Assembly: GCA_002269645.1 (NCBI GenBank)
Contig: NIVC01000719.1
Location: 362,020-426,019 of the forward strand
DNA length: 64,000 nucleotides
Source: Macrostomum lignano
Lineage: Eukaryota
Reading direction: 5' to 3'
The stretch's first letter is position 1, and the number at the start of each line of letters is the position of its first letter. This document shows positions 41,301 through 53,523 of the stretch, piece by piece. The notes beneath the pieces are model-generated. The model saw only the letters and a list, made by a program, of their open reading frames with translations. It did no database searches and was not told the DNA's origin. The translations under genes were made by a program, and so were the position numbers.

Positions 41301-44300
41301 GCAAAACCGATAATCGATACTGTGCAAATTAGTAGCAACTCACACACTGCGGCATCTGTTCGGCTAAATTTGAAGACTTAAGAGCGTCGGCGGTGGCGGC
41401 GGCCTCCGCGTCGCGGAGTCGCAAGTTTTCGTCGCGTTTTTCCGCAAAAGTTTTCTGCAACGCTTCAGCCAGGCGTTGATAAGCGGCCTCGGGCGGCACC
41501 GGCTCGACGTGTCGCAGGGCCACGCCCTCCAGGCGCAGCATGCTGCTTAGCCGGTTGCACTGGCCATCGCTGTTGCACAGCAACAGGTCGACAGCGGCAA
41601 GCCGTTGCTGCGACGCCTCTGCATTGGCAGCCGTTGTTGAGGCCTCCTCGCTCATGACTAGAGCGCACATGTGGGCGAAATATTCTCGCCTAGCGAGGTG
41701 ACTGCGCATCGCCTCGGCGGAGGTGCGAGTCCAGCGCTGGCCGCCGGCCGGAATAGCGCCGTACAGGCGGCAGGGCACAGCCAGGGGCGGCATAGAGGCC
41801 AGTTGATTGTCGGTGATTTCGAATATCGCATTGGCTGGCGTGTTGTACTCTTCGCTGCAGTGTGCGTTTGGCGGGGCTGATGGGATTGAGAGTGCTCAAA
41901 TGGTCTATCTAGGTTCTATAAGGATTGAGAGTGCTCAAATTGTCTATCTAGGTTCTATAAGGATTGAGGGTGCTCAAATTGTCTATCTAGGTTCTATAAG
42001 GATTGAGGGTGCTCAAATGGTCTATCTAGGTTCTATAAGGATTGAGTGTCCTCAAATGGTCTATCTAGGTTCTATAAGGATTGAGGGTGCTCATATGGTC
42101 TATCTAGGTTCTATAAGGATTGAGAGTGCTCAAATTGTCTATCTAGGTTCTATAAGGATTGAGGGTGCTCAAATGGTCTATCTAGGTTCTATAAGGATTG
42201 AGGGTGCTCAAATGGTCTATCTAGGTTCTATAAGGATTGAGGGTGCTCAAATTGTCTATCTAGGTTCTATAAGGATTGAGTGTCCTCAAATGGTCTATCT
42301 AGGTTCTATAAGGATTGAGGGTGCTCATATGGTCTATCTAGGTTCTATAAGGATTGAGGGTGCTCAAATGGTCTATCTAGGTTCTATAAGGATTGAGGGT
42401 GCTCAAATGGTCTATCTAGGTTCTATAAGGATTGAGGGTGCTCAAATGGTCTATCTAGGTTCTATAAGGATTGAGGGTGCTCAAATGGTCTATCTAGGTT
42501 CTATAAGGATTGAGGGTGCTCAAATGGTCTATCTAGGTTCTATAAGGATTGAGGGTGCTCAGATGGTTTAACTACAGGGATTGAGAGTGCTCAGCTGGTC
42601 TATCTTTAGGGACTGAGTGCTCAGCTGGTCTGTCTACAGGAATTGAGAGTGCTCAAATAATCTATCTATAGGGATTGAGAGTGCTCAAATAATCTATCTA
42701 TAGGGATTGAGAGTGCTCAGCTGGTCTATATATAGGGATTGAGAGTGCTCAAATAATCTATCTATAGAGACTGAGAGTGCTCAGCTGGTCTATCTATAGG
42801 GACTGAGAGTGCTCAGATATTCTATCTATAGGGATTGAGAGTGCTCAAATAATCTATCTATAGGGATTGAGAGTGCTCAGCTGGTCTATCTACAGGAGTT
42901 GAGAGTGCTCAAATAATCTATCTATAGGGATTGAGAGTGCTCAAATAATCTATCTTTAGAGACTGAGAGTGCTCAGCTGGTCTATCTATAGGGACTGAGA
43001 GTGCTCAGATATTCTATCTATAGGGATTGAGAGTGCTCAAATAATCTATCTATAGGGATTGAGAGTGCTCAGCTGGTCTATCTACAGGAGTTGAGAGTGC
43101 TCAAATAATCTATCTATAGGGATTGAGAGTGCTCAAATAATCTATCTATAGAGACTGAGAGTGCTCAGCTGGTCTATCTATAGGGACTGAGAGTGCTCAG
43201 ATATTCTATCTATAGGGATTGAGAGTGCTCAAATAATCTATCTATAGGGATTGAGAGTGCTCAAATAATCTATCTATAGGGATTGAGAGTGCTCAGCTGG
43301 TCTATCTACAGGAGTTGAGAGTGCTCAAATAATCTATCTATAGGGATTGAGAGTGCTCAAATAATCTATCTATAGGGATTGAGAGTGCTCAAATAATCTA
43401 TCTATAGGGATTGAGAGTGCTCAGCTGGTCTATCTACAGGAGTTGAGAGTGCTCAAATAATCTATCTATAGGGATTGAGAGTGCTCAAATAATCTATCTA
43501 TAGAGACTGAGAGTGCTCAGCTGGTCTATCTATAGGGACTGAGAGTGCTCAGATATTCTATCTATAGGGATTGAGAGTGCTCAAATAATCTATCTATAGG
43601 GATTGAGAGTGCTCAAATAATCTATCTATAGGGATTGAGAGTGCTCAGCTGGTCTATCTACAGGAGTTGAGAGTGCTCAAATAATCTATCTATAGGGATT
43701 GAGAGTGCTCATATAATCTATCTATAGAGACTGAGAGTGCTCAGCTGGTCTATCTATAGGGACTGAGAGTGCTCAGATAGTCTATCTATAGGGACTAAGT
43801 GAAATGAATTCCAGCATCCCTACAAGCCCAGGTGAACAGTTGACATACCCGCTATCAATCAGCAGCACTGTGCATGTGTCAGCTGTAGACGATCGCTGAA
43901 GCAGCCGACAGCGGTACCACAATAGATTAGGCTTCCGAACGCAGGCCAGTACGGTCGGAGGCGCATCCGGTGGCAGCGGTCTCGGCGCTGAGTTATTGTT
44001 GCGCGGCGAAAATCTAGCTAATAAATGATTGAGCTCAGTCGCGGCCGCTCGGCCAATGTCATTCTCAGGCCGGATGTAGAACAGGCCGGGATTAACTATG
44101 CTAGTGACTGTACAGGCGGCATGATCCAGCTTGCCAGTGAGGACTAGTTTAGCTAGCCAGGGCTCCAGCAGTTGGTAGTTCTCGCTGATTGGCTCAACAT
44201 CCACTGACGGCGCGGCTGCTGGCGTGCTCGATCGCGAGTCGGACACATTCGAATCCGACGTCGTCGAATTTGCCGACGCTCTGGCCGCGGCTTTGACGCG

Positions 44301-47300
44301 ACTGCCTCGGGTAGCCGGCTGGGCTCGCGGCAGCACCGTTACCTCGCCCGTGCTCTCGTTTAAACGGACAAATCGGGACCTGACAGGCACCGGAGCCTCC
44401 TTAACTAGCCTGGCCAAGGCGTCAGCCGGCATGTCCGAGTAGACACCCTCATCGTATAGGCGAACATTTAGGCACACAGGCGTGTTGAGCTCGTACACGC
44501 CAACCGGAACTGTGGGCAAGCCGTCGCTGTTCGGGTCCACCGTACTCGGCGTATCCATGCAGAGAAAGTTGAATACATGGGACTGTTGCAGCATGTCTTT
44601 CAGCTGCTTCTGGCGGTACCTGCGATGGGAATGTAGCTAAGTAATGACTACCTGTGCACTAATTAATGGCAGGCTGCCCCACCTGTATAATACTGACTGG
44701 CAGGCTGCCCTACCTGTATAATACTGACTGGCAGGCTGCCCTACCTGTATAATACTGACTGGCAGGCTGCCCTACCTGTATAATACTGACTGGCAGGCTG
44801 CCCTACCTGTATAATACTGACTGGCAGGCTGCCCTACCTGTATAATACTGACTGGCAGGCTGCCCCACCTGTATAATACTGACTGGCAGGCTGCCCTACC
44901 TGTATAATACTGACTGGCAGGCTGCCCTACCTGTATAATACTGACTGGTAGGCTGCCCTACCTGTATAATACTGACTGGCAGGCTGCCCCACCTGTATAA
45001 TACTGACTGGCAGGCTGCCCCACCTGTATAATACTGACTGGTAGGCTGCCCAACCTGTATAATACTGACTGGCAGGCTGCCCTACCTGTATAATACTGAC
45101 TGGCAGGCTGCCCCACCTGTATAATACTGACTGGCAGGCTGCCCCACCTGTATAATACTGACTGGTAGGCTGCCCAACCTGTATAATACTGACTGGCAGG
45201 CTGCCCTACCTGTATAATACTGACTGGCAGGCTGCCCCACCTGTATAATACTGACTGGCAGGCTGCCCCACCTGTATAATACTGACTGGCAGGCTGCCCC
45301 ACCTTTATAAATGACTGACAGGTGGGTGGCTGCCCCACCACAACACATTTAGCCCAATCAACAGGCACAGCGAGCAGCCTAACCAGCCTGCCTCACACTG
45401 TCGGGTGCATGCATATACTCACTTCATCCTGGGCGATTGGTCGCCGGCAGACACGCCGTACATTGAGCAACGCCAGCACATGGAGTGAGGCTGATAAAAT
45501 CGCTTTGTAAGATATTTTATAAACTGATTGTCTTTGTGCACCTCTCTGTTGCCATAGTCGGTAAATAGCACGGAGATGCCATCAGGCGAGTAGGACTCAA
45601 TAACGCCGCGGTACCAGTTGCAATCGACGGAATACCTGGCCGCAACAGGCAGGTTGGCTACCGGGTGCTGGACAGTGTAGTCGCCAATTTTATCTTCGTT
45701 GCAAAACGACTGCGTGCAAAGGTAAAACAAAAATTGGTAATGCGAGATTTTCTGTTTTTATTCTGGGACACACACCAGCGGGACACACACTGGCAGTAAA
45801 CACACCAGCGGGAAACACACCAGCGGGACACACACCAGCGGGACACACACTGGCAGTAAACACACCAGCGGGAAACACACCAGCGGGACACACACCAGCG
45901 GGACACACACCAGCGGGAAACACACCAGCGGGACACACACCAGCGGGAAACACACCAGCGGGACACACACCAGCGGGAAACACACCAGCGGGACACACAC
46001 CAGCGGGACACACACCAGCGGGACACACACCAGCGGGAAACACACCAGCGGGACACACACCAGCGGGACACACACCAGCGGGACACACACCAGCGGGACA
46101 CACACCAGCGGGACACACACCAGCGGGAAACACACCAGCGGGACACACACCAGCGGGACACACACCAGCGGGAAACACACCAGCGGGACACACACCAGCG
46201 GGACACACACCAGCGGGACACACACCAGCGGGACACACACCAGCGGGACACACACCAGCGGGACACACACCAGCGGGAAACACACCAGCGGGACACACAC
46301 CAGCGGGACACACACCAGCGGGAAACACACCAGCGGGACACACACCAGCGGGACACACACCAGCGGGAAACACACCAGCGGGACACACACCAGCGGGAAA
46401 CACACCAGCGGGAAACACACCAGCGGGAAACACACCAGCGGGAAACACACCAGCGGGAAACACCAGCAAAAAGCCTCCTGTTCCCAGTAAAATTAAAACA
46501 AGCAAAGGAGAAACGGCTTGCTACCCATAGCATTGAGAAAACCGATAGAGCAGACTTACCTGCAGAGCCTGCTGCATCTCCTCAAACACGTCCATATCGG
46601 CGCCCTGGTTGCAGCGGAACACGTAAAACTCGTCGGGCGAATAGAATGCCGAAACGCTGCCAAAGAATCGATAACCCTTGAAAATATTTGACGACCTTAA
46701 AAACAGCCTGGGCGCCTCGGTATCAACTAAATCGTTGGAAGCCTCCCGATTGTGCAAATAGGGCATAGCATAGCAGGCCAAATTGGCAAACACTAGCAGT
46801 TCGCGTACGGACAGAAATCTCAGATCGCAATCGTGCAATACTACTCGAATTAGTAGATCAACAAGAGTCTCGCCAGGCTGCTGAGACACAATTCGAACTA
46901 TAAGATCGCCAGTGAAGCATTTCTTAACTAGAATCTCCTGCAGTTCGTACACAGCCTCGGTACTCCATTGGTCAGGCTGTTGCTGACTAGTTGGCCCATT
47001 ATTCATAACTCTGGGCGCTATGTTATTCAGGCTGATCCGATGAGCAAGAGGTGGAATCTCGCATAGCGCTGGCGGCATAGTCAACAGTTCAGCAATCTGC
47101 TTATTGCTGACTGAATTGCCATAGTCGGGAAAGAACACATCGCACACAGCTGATTCAATATTTAGCTTAGTAACAATAGCTCGGCACCAGTCTGAGGCGC
47201 TCTGGAACCGGCTGAGTACCCAATCGCCTGATTGCACAGTTTCAGTCTGTACTGCCAACTGAGACTTGGCCGCCTGGCTGCACAACTGTTGAGTTCGTTT

Positions 47301-50300
47301 TAGCCAGGCCTGCTCAGCGTACCTCGCTACCCAGATCTCGCGCGGAGACAATAGGAATAGCGGAATAACAGCGTCGCCGGTTGATAGCGGCACAGGCATT
47401 GTTGTTGGCGCAGCGGAATCGGCCTCTTCGGCAACAACAGCCGCTTTAGGCAAAGGATTCGACAACGACTCCTGTTGCACACTCGGCTGCTCCAACAGGC
47501 CCGAGTCGCAAAATATACCAGCGGGAGAATTGGCTAGCAGGTGTTCAATGCCCGGCTCCAGGCTGGCTGGCGGGCAGGCTTGGAGTCGGGCCGGGCTGGC
47601 GATGCTAAAGTGCGCCAGATCAAACGGCTGCGTGTCGGAGCGGCGGCACAACTGCGGCATTGACGCCGCTGCCGAGGCGCCGGCTGATGAAACTGCAGTG
47701 ACATTTGGCGGCAGCACACAGACAGGCTGGTTGGTGAGGCTGCTCAGCAGCTGCAGCAGCCTGGCATAGTCGAACGGTTTCACCGGGCACCAGCGAGCGA
47801 TGGCGTCGCTGCCAGCCGAGCGAAGAGCCTTCAACGACAGTGATAACGGCAGAAGCCAGTCAGCGCAGCGACGCAGCTCGGCCAACAATTGTTCGCTCTG
47901 CTGCGCTAGCGGGCGAGCACGCCGGACTGGCGCAGCCGGCAGACGGCGTCATTTTCGGCGCTAATTAGGCGCGCGTATAGGATAGAGAAATCCGCGCGAA
48001 CCTCCGACTGCAGACTGCTGGTGGTCTCGGATTCGAGCCTAGGGAGTTGAGGCAGTGTGAATCGCAATTTTTACAGAACTTAGGACATTATAGTCTGTCA
48101 CGCCTATGTGATACAAGCTACCCACCACCCCAATTCAAGCCGCCACCCACCACCCCTTTTCAAGCCGCCACCCACCACCCCAATTCAAGCCGCCACCCAC
48201 CACCCCACTTCAAGCCGCCACCCACCACCCCACTTCAAGCCGCCACCCACCACCCCACTTCAAGCCGCCACCCACCACCCCACTTCAAGCCGCCACCCCA
48301 TTTCAAGCCACCACCCACCACCCCATTTCTAGCCGCCACCCACCACCCCATTTCAAGCCATCACCTACCAATAAAACCAGATGAAAACACCGCTTACAAT
48401 TAATTAACAATAAATATTCTTACCTGGCCGTCTCACTCAGCAGTGTTTGCTCGCTTTCAACCAGCCGATTGGCCAGACTCTCCAGCGAATCGGCGATGCT
48501 CAGAAGCCACCTTAGCAGTCGCATATTTGCCTGTCCAAATTCGCAGGTAGAATGGTCGGCATGCTCAGACGATTGCTGACAGGCTGAGCAGATCAGGCTG
48601 GCGCAGGTGACACAAAAAATGTTGGCCGGAACGGCGGAAGAATGCGAGACGGCGGAGCTGCAGACGGGATCCTCGGCCGGTTTCAGCAACTGCGTGGTGA
48701 CAGCCGGTTCAATCTGGTGGCTGAATCCGAGCTGATTGTGAAACTGTAATGCACACAGATATATTTGAGTTCGATTGTCCTAACCAGTAAAGAGACATTA
48801 GTTTACAATTGACAGTGAGCTGGGTCAGACAGAATGGCTCACTCTGGAGACAGTGAGCTGGGTCAGACAGAATGGCTCACTCTGGAGACAGTGAGCTGGG
48901 TCAGACAGATTGGCTCACTCTGGAGACAGTGAGCTGGGTCAGACAGAATGGCTCACTCTGGAGACAGTGAGCTGGGTCAGACAGATGGGCTCACTCTGGA
49001 GACAGTGAGCTGGGTCAGACAGATTGGCTCACTCTGGAGACAGTGAGCTGGGTCAGACAGATTGGCTCACTCTGGAGACAGTGAGCTGGGTCAGACAGAT
49101 TGGCTCACTCTGGAGACAGTGAGCTGGGTCAGACAGATTGGCTCACTCTGGAGACAGTGAGCTGGGTCAGACAGATTGGCTCACTCTGGAGACAGTGAGC
49201 TGGGTCAGACAGATTGGCTCACTCTGGAGACAGTGAGCTGGGTCAGACAGATTGGCTCACTCTGGAGACAGTGAGCTGGGTCAGACAGATTGGCTCACTC
49301 TGGAGACAGTGAGCTGGGTCAGACAGATTGGCTCACTCTGGAGACAGTGAGCTGGGTCAGACAGATTGGCTCACTCTGGAGACAGTGAGCTGGGTCAGAC
49401 AGATTGGCTCACTCTGGAGACAGTGAGCTGGGTCAGACAGATTGGCTCACTCTGGAGACAGTGAGCTGGGTCAGACAGATTGGCTCACTCTGGAGACAGT
49501 GAGCTGGGTCAGACAGATTGGCTCACTCTGGAGACAGTGAGCTGGGTCAGACAGATTGGCTCACTCCAATGGTGACATGGAGACAGTTATTAAATAAGCA
49601 CAAAGGCATCAATAATGCAAATTTCAAACCTCGCGAAAGCAGCTGTGGCAAAACAAACTGTCGTTACACTCGGCACATTTGACGCTGGATTGCACAGCCT
49701 TGCAAGCTGAGCACGCTGACCGATCTCTGGCAATTCCTAGAAAGTAGCAACAGTGTTGATTTAGGTGTAGTTTATGTTGGCTAACACAATATATGAGACG
49801 CTAAACTTGTTATTTAAAAACCCAGCAACTCACCAGCCCCAGGAACAGTGAACTCTTTGCTAGCTTCACCCCTGTCCTCGTCACCAGAAGATTTTCTAAC
49901 ATCACTGAAATAGTAGAGACAAATTGATTAAAGCGAATGTATTTTACAATTACTTGGCATGTAGTATGAACAGATTGAAACAAACGCAGACTTACGACTT
50001 TTGTGTTAGCCTAATAAGCATGTCGCTATAAAACATTCCAATTAGATTCAAATCCAATGGCAGTACACCAACTGGAATAGTGTTCAACTTGTTCAGCGGC
50101 TGATTGTACTTTGTGGCGACCTGGTTTGAAAAAAGTACAAGTTGAACTTTCTTTTAAAGTAATTTATTCAAAGATTACACTGAGTAGCACTGACTTTCTT
50201 AATTTCAGGCATATGTAATCTGTCTATATACCTACACTTGGGTTTGGCCCCTCATAGATTGAATTAGGGACTAACAAGCTTATAAAACATATAGGTAGAA

Positions 50301-50463
50301 TACTTATTAATTTAAATAGGTACCTGGCATCCATCAACTCGGCAAGTCCAACTGTCAGACTTCTGCCTGAGGCTCGATAGCACACACTCCGTGCAGACAT
50401 TGTGGCCGCATGTCAGCACCATAGGCAGTCGCATATGCCTGGCACCATTTCTACTAAGAATGC
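35283..50463 (-). CDS. qin: Qin/Kumo-RNF17(TDRD4)-like protein: RING, two B-boxes, coiled coil, five Tudor domains. Exons: 50463-50324, 50120-49996, 49904-49834, 49736-49630, 48743-48424, 48038-46560, 45709-45423, 44619-43849, 41854-41344, 40936-40188, 39665-39114, 37142-36854, 35810-35283
   Basis: RING half LPMVLTCGHNVCTEC..WTCRVDGC; B-box1 CSAC..CAEC..CHSC..H..H; B-box2 C..H..CVTC..CSAC..HADH; Tudor cores WCRA..FPDYGN, WYRG..FTDYGN, WYRC..IDSG, WCRG..IDTG, WYRA..FVDYGN. All junctions are GT-AG and in phase, except a 1-nt frame break near 47911. The first exon (RING N-half) is not located. The extreme 3' end is uncertain. Confidence 0.88.
35915..36812. repeat. 22/23-bp minisatellite GAATTGGGTGAATGTAGTGGCTT in a qin intron
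   Basis: Direct reading. Confidence 0.95.
37370..39050. repeat. 22-bp two-variant minisatellite GGACCAGAAAGG(AGCCGG/ATAGGG)AAAA in a qin intron
   Basis: Direct reading. Confidence 0.96.
39672..40165. repeat. About 42-bp minisatellite GGAATGTACATTATCCGATCTGGGGTGGGCGCTGGTCAGGAG in a qin intron
   Basis: Direct reading. Confidence 0.93.
40950..41245. repeat. 21-bp minisatellite GACAGTGAGATGAGAGTTGGT in a qin intron
   Basis: Direct reading. Confidence 0.92.
41880..43797. repeat. Biphasic minisatellite: 39-bp units to about 42570, then related 32-bp units
   Basis: Direct reading; both share GATTGAG.GTGCTCA.....TCTATCTA. Confidence 0.95.
44665..45320. repeat. 31-bp minisatellite GGCAGGCTGCCCTACCTGTATAATACTGACT in a qin intron
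   Basis: Direct reading. Confidence 0.96.
45766..46465. repeat. 15-bp minisatellite ACACACCAGCGGGA(C/A) in a qin intron
   Basis: Direct reading. Confidence 0.96.
48118..48362. repeat. About 25-bp C-rich minisatellite CAAGCCGCCACCCACCACCCCACTT
   Basis: Direct reading. Confidence 0.9.
48810..49566. repeat. 38-bp minisatellite GACAGTGAGCTGGGTCAGACAGATTGGCTCACTCTGGA in a qin intron
   Basis: Direct reading. Confidence 0.96.
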
Positions 50464-52482
50464 CTGCATATGGTTTTGGTTATATTAATGATTATTACTA
50501 TATGTAAAATAAGTTTTAACACTGATTAATTTTTTCTCACAATACCCTAAAGTTGACTTCCACTTTGTGATCTCATTACTTCTTTATCAAAGATTATTGA
50601 TAGTAGATAGAGTTCCACCATAGCTACAGATACAGAAATTTATAGATACATTGATTTTGATCTCCAAGTTATAGATATGGATACGATTATGGGAACAGAA
50701 ATTTCCCAGATTTTTACCATAATCCTATAAAGAACCTAGTTTTTGCAACTAAGACAAAAATTATAGTGCATTTATATGCATCATAGATAAAAATGTAGCA
50801 AATCCTTTGATAAAATAGTTAAAAAATATCCCAAATCTATTCTGTGATACAAATATGCTTATAAGTTGAAGGTTACAGTACTAATTGGTTGAAATCCAAC
50901 TTGTCAACATACATCATACTGTACTTTGACATTCAAAATATGCTTATAAGACAAATACTTGGGACTCATAAGCATCTAGCTTTATTATTGGCTTCCTACA
51001 TGTTAGCTTCTGCTGACTATCCATAATGTATATTTTCATATATGAACTTATATTGTGACTCTTTATTGATGCATGAACAACTATATATATGCTGCAATTC
51101 ACCGAAATTGTTTAATTTTCATTGACAAGCTATTGACACATTGAACCATTCTGAAAGATAATCCCCTAGTATAACAATAAATTAAAAACCTCTAAGAATC
51201 TTGCACAATGCAATAGTAGATATAGCAACTTATTTGCAAGTAATTAAAAGTGGTTGTGGGCATAGTTGCAGAGCTATAGGATTTTTATGGTTACAGATAC
51301 AAATATGGATAAGGGAGGTCTAAAATCAGGGGGTCTCAACCTTGCACAGATCAGAAGCCCTCCCCTCCCCTTATGCAAAAGACTTCATTGTTAGCATTAT
51401 CAGGACACCCTTTAGATGTTTAGCATAGGGTTGGTGGCAGAACTACGTGTACTTTAAGTAGTCTCTATCTTCAAAACTCCTTGGCCATAGAAGGGATTAG
51501 AACATTGGGACCTTGCTATTAGACTACAACCCAAGCTACCATGCAATTTTCCATCTAGGGCAAGTGCCCTGGAAGGGTGATGTCTGATTCTCTACCCTGT
51601 TATTAGTACCTCGGGCCATAGTTCTATAAAAAGCTATCATTCCCTAGGTAATATCCCAATCAAGTGTGCTTTTCCTGAGCTGATACTGGCATGTTAAAAG
51701 AATGTCTAATACACTAGCCCATATATCACATTCTAATTCAGGGCTCACTGTCAGTTTCTTGTTTGCAAAATATTTTGTTCTGTTATACTTTATTATTGAA
51801 AGCCCTTTAAAATTAGATTAGATGGCTTTGTGAATCCAAATTGCACCAACAAAGATTAGAAACTTTTGTATTCCCTAATCAAGATGGCTACATACCAAGA
51901 TAACCAAAGCTTTAAATATCTAAATAGATAATCATAAGCCTAGGTCTATATATTTCACTCATTCCTTATTGGTAGTAATTAAAGAGATAGATGATATAAT
52001 AGAATTGTATTATATTATAGTCAATAATCATGTCAGGCCATAGCCCAGCAGTAGTGCAGCTGCTCTGTTGTGCCAGCAACCTAGGCTTGATTCCAAGTGC
52101 AGTCACATTAATTTGGGGCTGAATTGGAATCTTGGCTTGGCTCTGCTTGTGCAATTAATGGCCTTGAGAGCCAACCCCCCCAGGGCACAGTGAAGTGTAT
52201 ATGCCTAACGATAATATAAAGTTAGGGCCGCTGTACACTCCTGTGTGATTGTGTGCCTGCATATGTATCTGTGCGCTTATGTGTCTGCTCAGGGAAGTCG
52301 GCAGAATGGGCAGTAATGCCTCTTGCCAGTTGTGTGCCTATGTTGCTTAAAGTGCGCCAGGGTGCACACAACCCCCCTGCCTCTAATAAAAAAATATTAT
52401 AATCATTCTCTTTGGCTTTAGCTTTTATTGATTATAGCCTGACCTATAGATATTTATCTACTGCTACATAAAGCAATCAGCC

Positions 52483-52771
52483 TATACATGCGCAACCTCC
52501 AAAATTTGGTCGGCTGTGCGACTTAGTTTTAACAAAAATGCGATGTAGTTTTTGGCCAAAAATGCGACTAACATGTAAAAAAACCCTAAAGCAAAATTAC
52601 CACAACTTTAGATAAACGGCAGGAGTAACTATGACTGTCTTATTAAGCCGCAATGCCTCGTCAGCTACTTAGTACTACTACTTGGGTGTTTTTTCGGGTG
52701 GGCATTTTTGCGACTTCCTTGGTTGGCCACCAAATCAGTTGGCCAGATTGGCCGACTGTTGCGCATGTATG
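52483..52771. mobile_element. hAT-type MITE, copy 1
   Basis: TIR (T/C)ATACATGCGCAAC...GTTGCGCATGTATG with a perfect 8-bp TSD AATCAGCC (52475-52482, 52772-52779). Confidence 0.8.
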
Positions 52772-53253
52772 AATCAGCCTAGCACAAAAAATACCTTATT
52801 TAGATTGCATATTTATTCTATTTTTTATATAGCATTATCACTAGCAATGGTTTCTTGATAAATTAATGTGAAAGGCCTCTTTCTATTCTTTACTCATATG
52901 CAAAAATTTAACTTTCTATGCCATTCTAAATTGCATATGTTTCTAAGAAAACATTTTGTTAGAGCCTCTAATTCTACTAATAATTTTATTATCAAAGTGT
53001 TATTAATATTTTCTGAAATTGTTGATTGTGCTATATTTATTTTTTGCTACAAAACTATAGGGTTAATGACTATGCTAAAAATTAAAATGAGACCTGACTT
53101 GAGAAATAAGTTAATAATTATATAACCATAAGTAAGTTTTTAATTTTCTTAAATATAAAAAAATTGAATATTATTTTTTGTATTTTGTTATTCATAGGCA
53201 AAGAGAATTTTAATTAATCTTATTTTTATAATTAGCTTTTTAAGTAGTTTATT

Positions 53254-53523
53254 CATTCATGTGCAATCTCCAAAATTTGGTCAGCTGTGCAACTTTGTTT
53301 TAACAAAAATTCAACATAGTTTTTGGCCAAAAATGCAACATTTGGCCAAAAATGCAACATTTGGGTAAATGGCAGGAGTAACTATGACTGTCTTATTATG
53401 GCAAAATGCCTCATAATCTACTTAGTACTACTTCAGTATTTTTTTGGATGGGATTTTTACCTTGGTTGGCTGCCAAATTGGTCAGCCAGATCAGCTGACT
53501 CTTCCAACTGTTGCGCATATAAA
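53254..53523. mobile_element. hAT-type MITE, copy 2 (same family, more decayed)
   Basis: Alignable along its length to 52483-52771. Its 8-bp TSD is different: AGTTTATT (53246-53253, 53524-53531). Confidence 0.75.

Noticed and set aside
52215-52370. Minus-strand HYCPFC Cys/His-rich fragment as the missing qin RING exon
   Set aside because: In-frame stops and no suitable donor; more likely a decayed TE fragment or chance.
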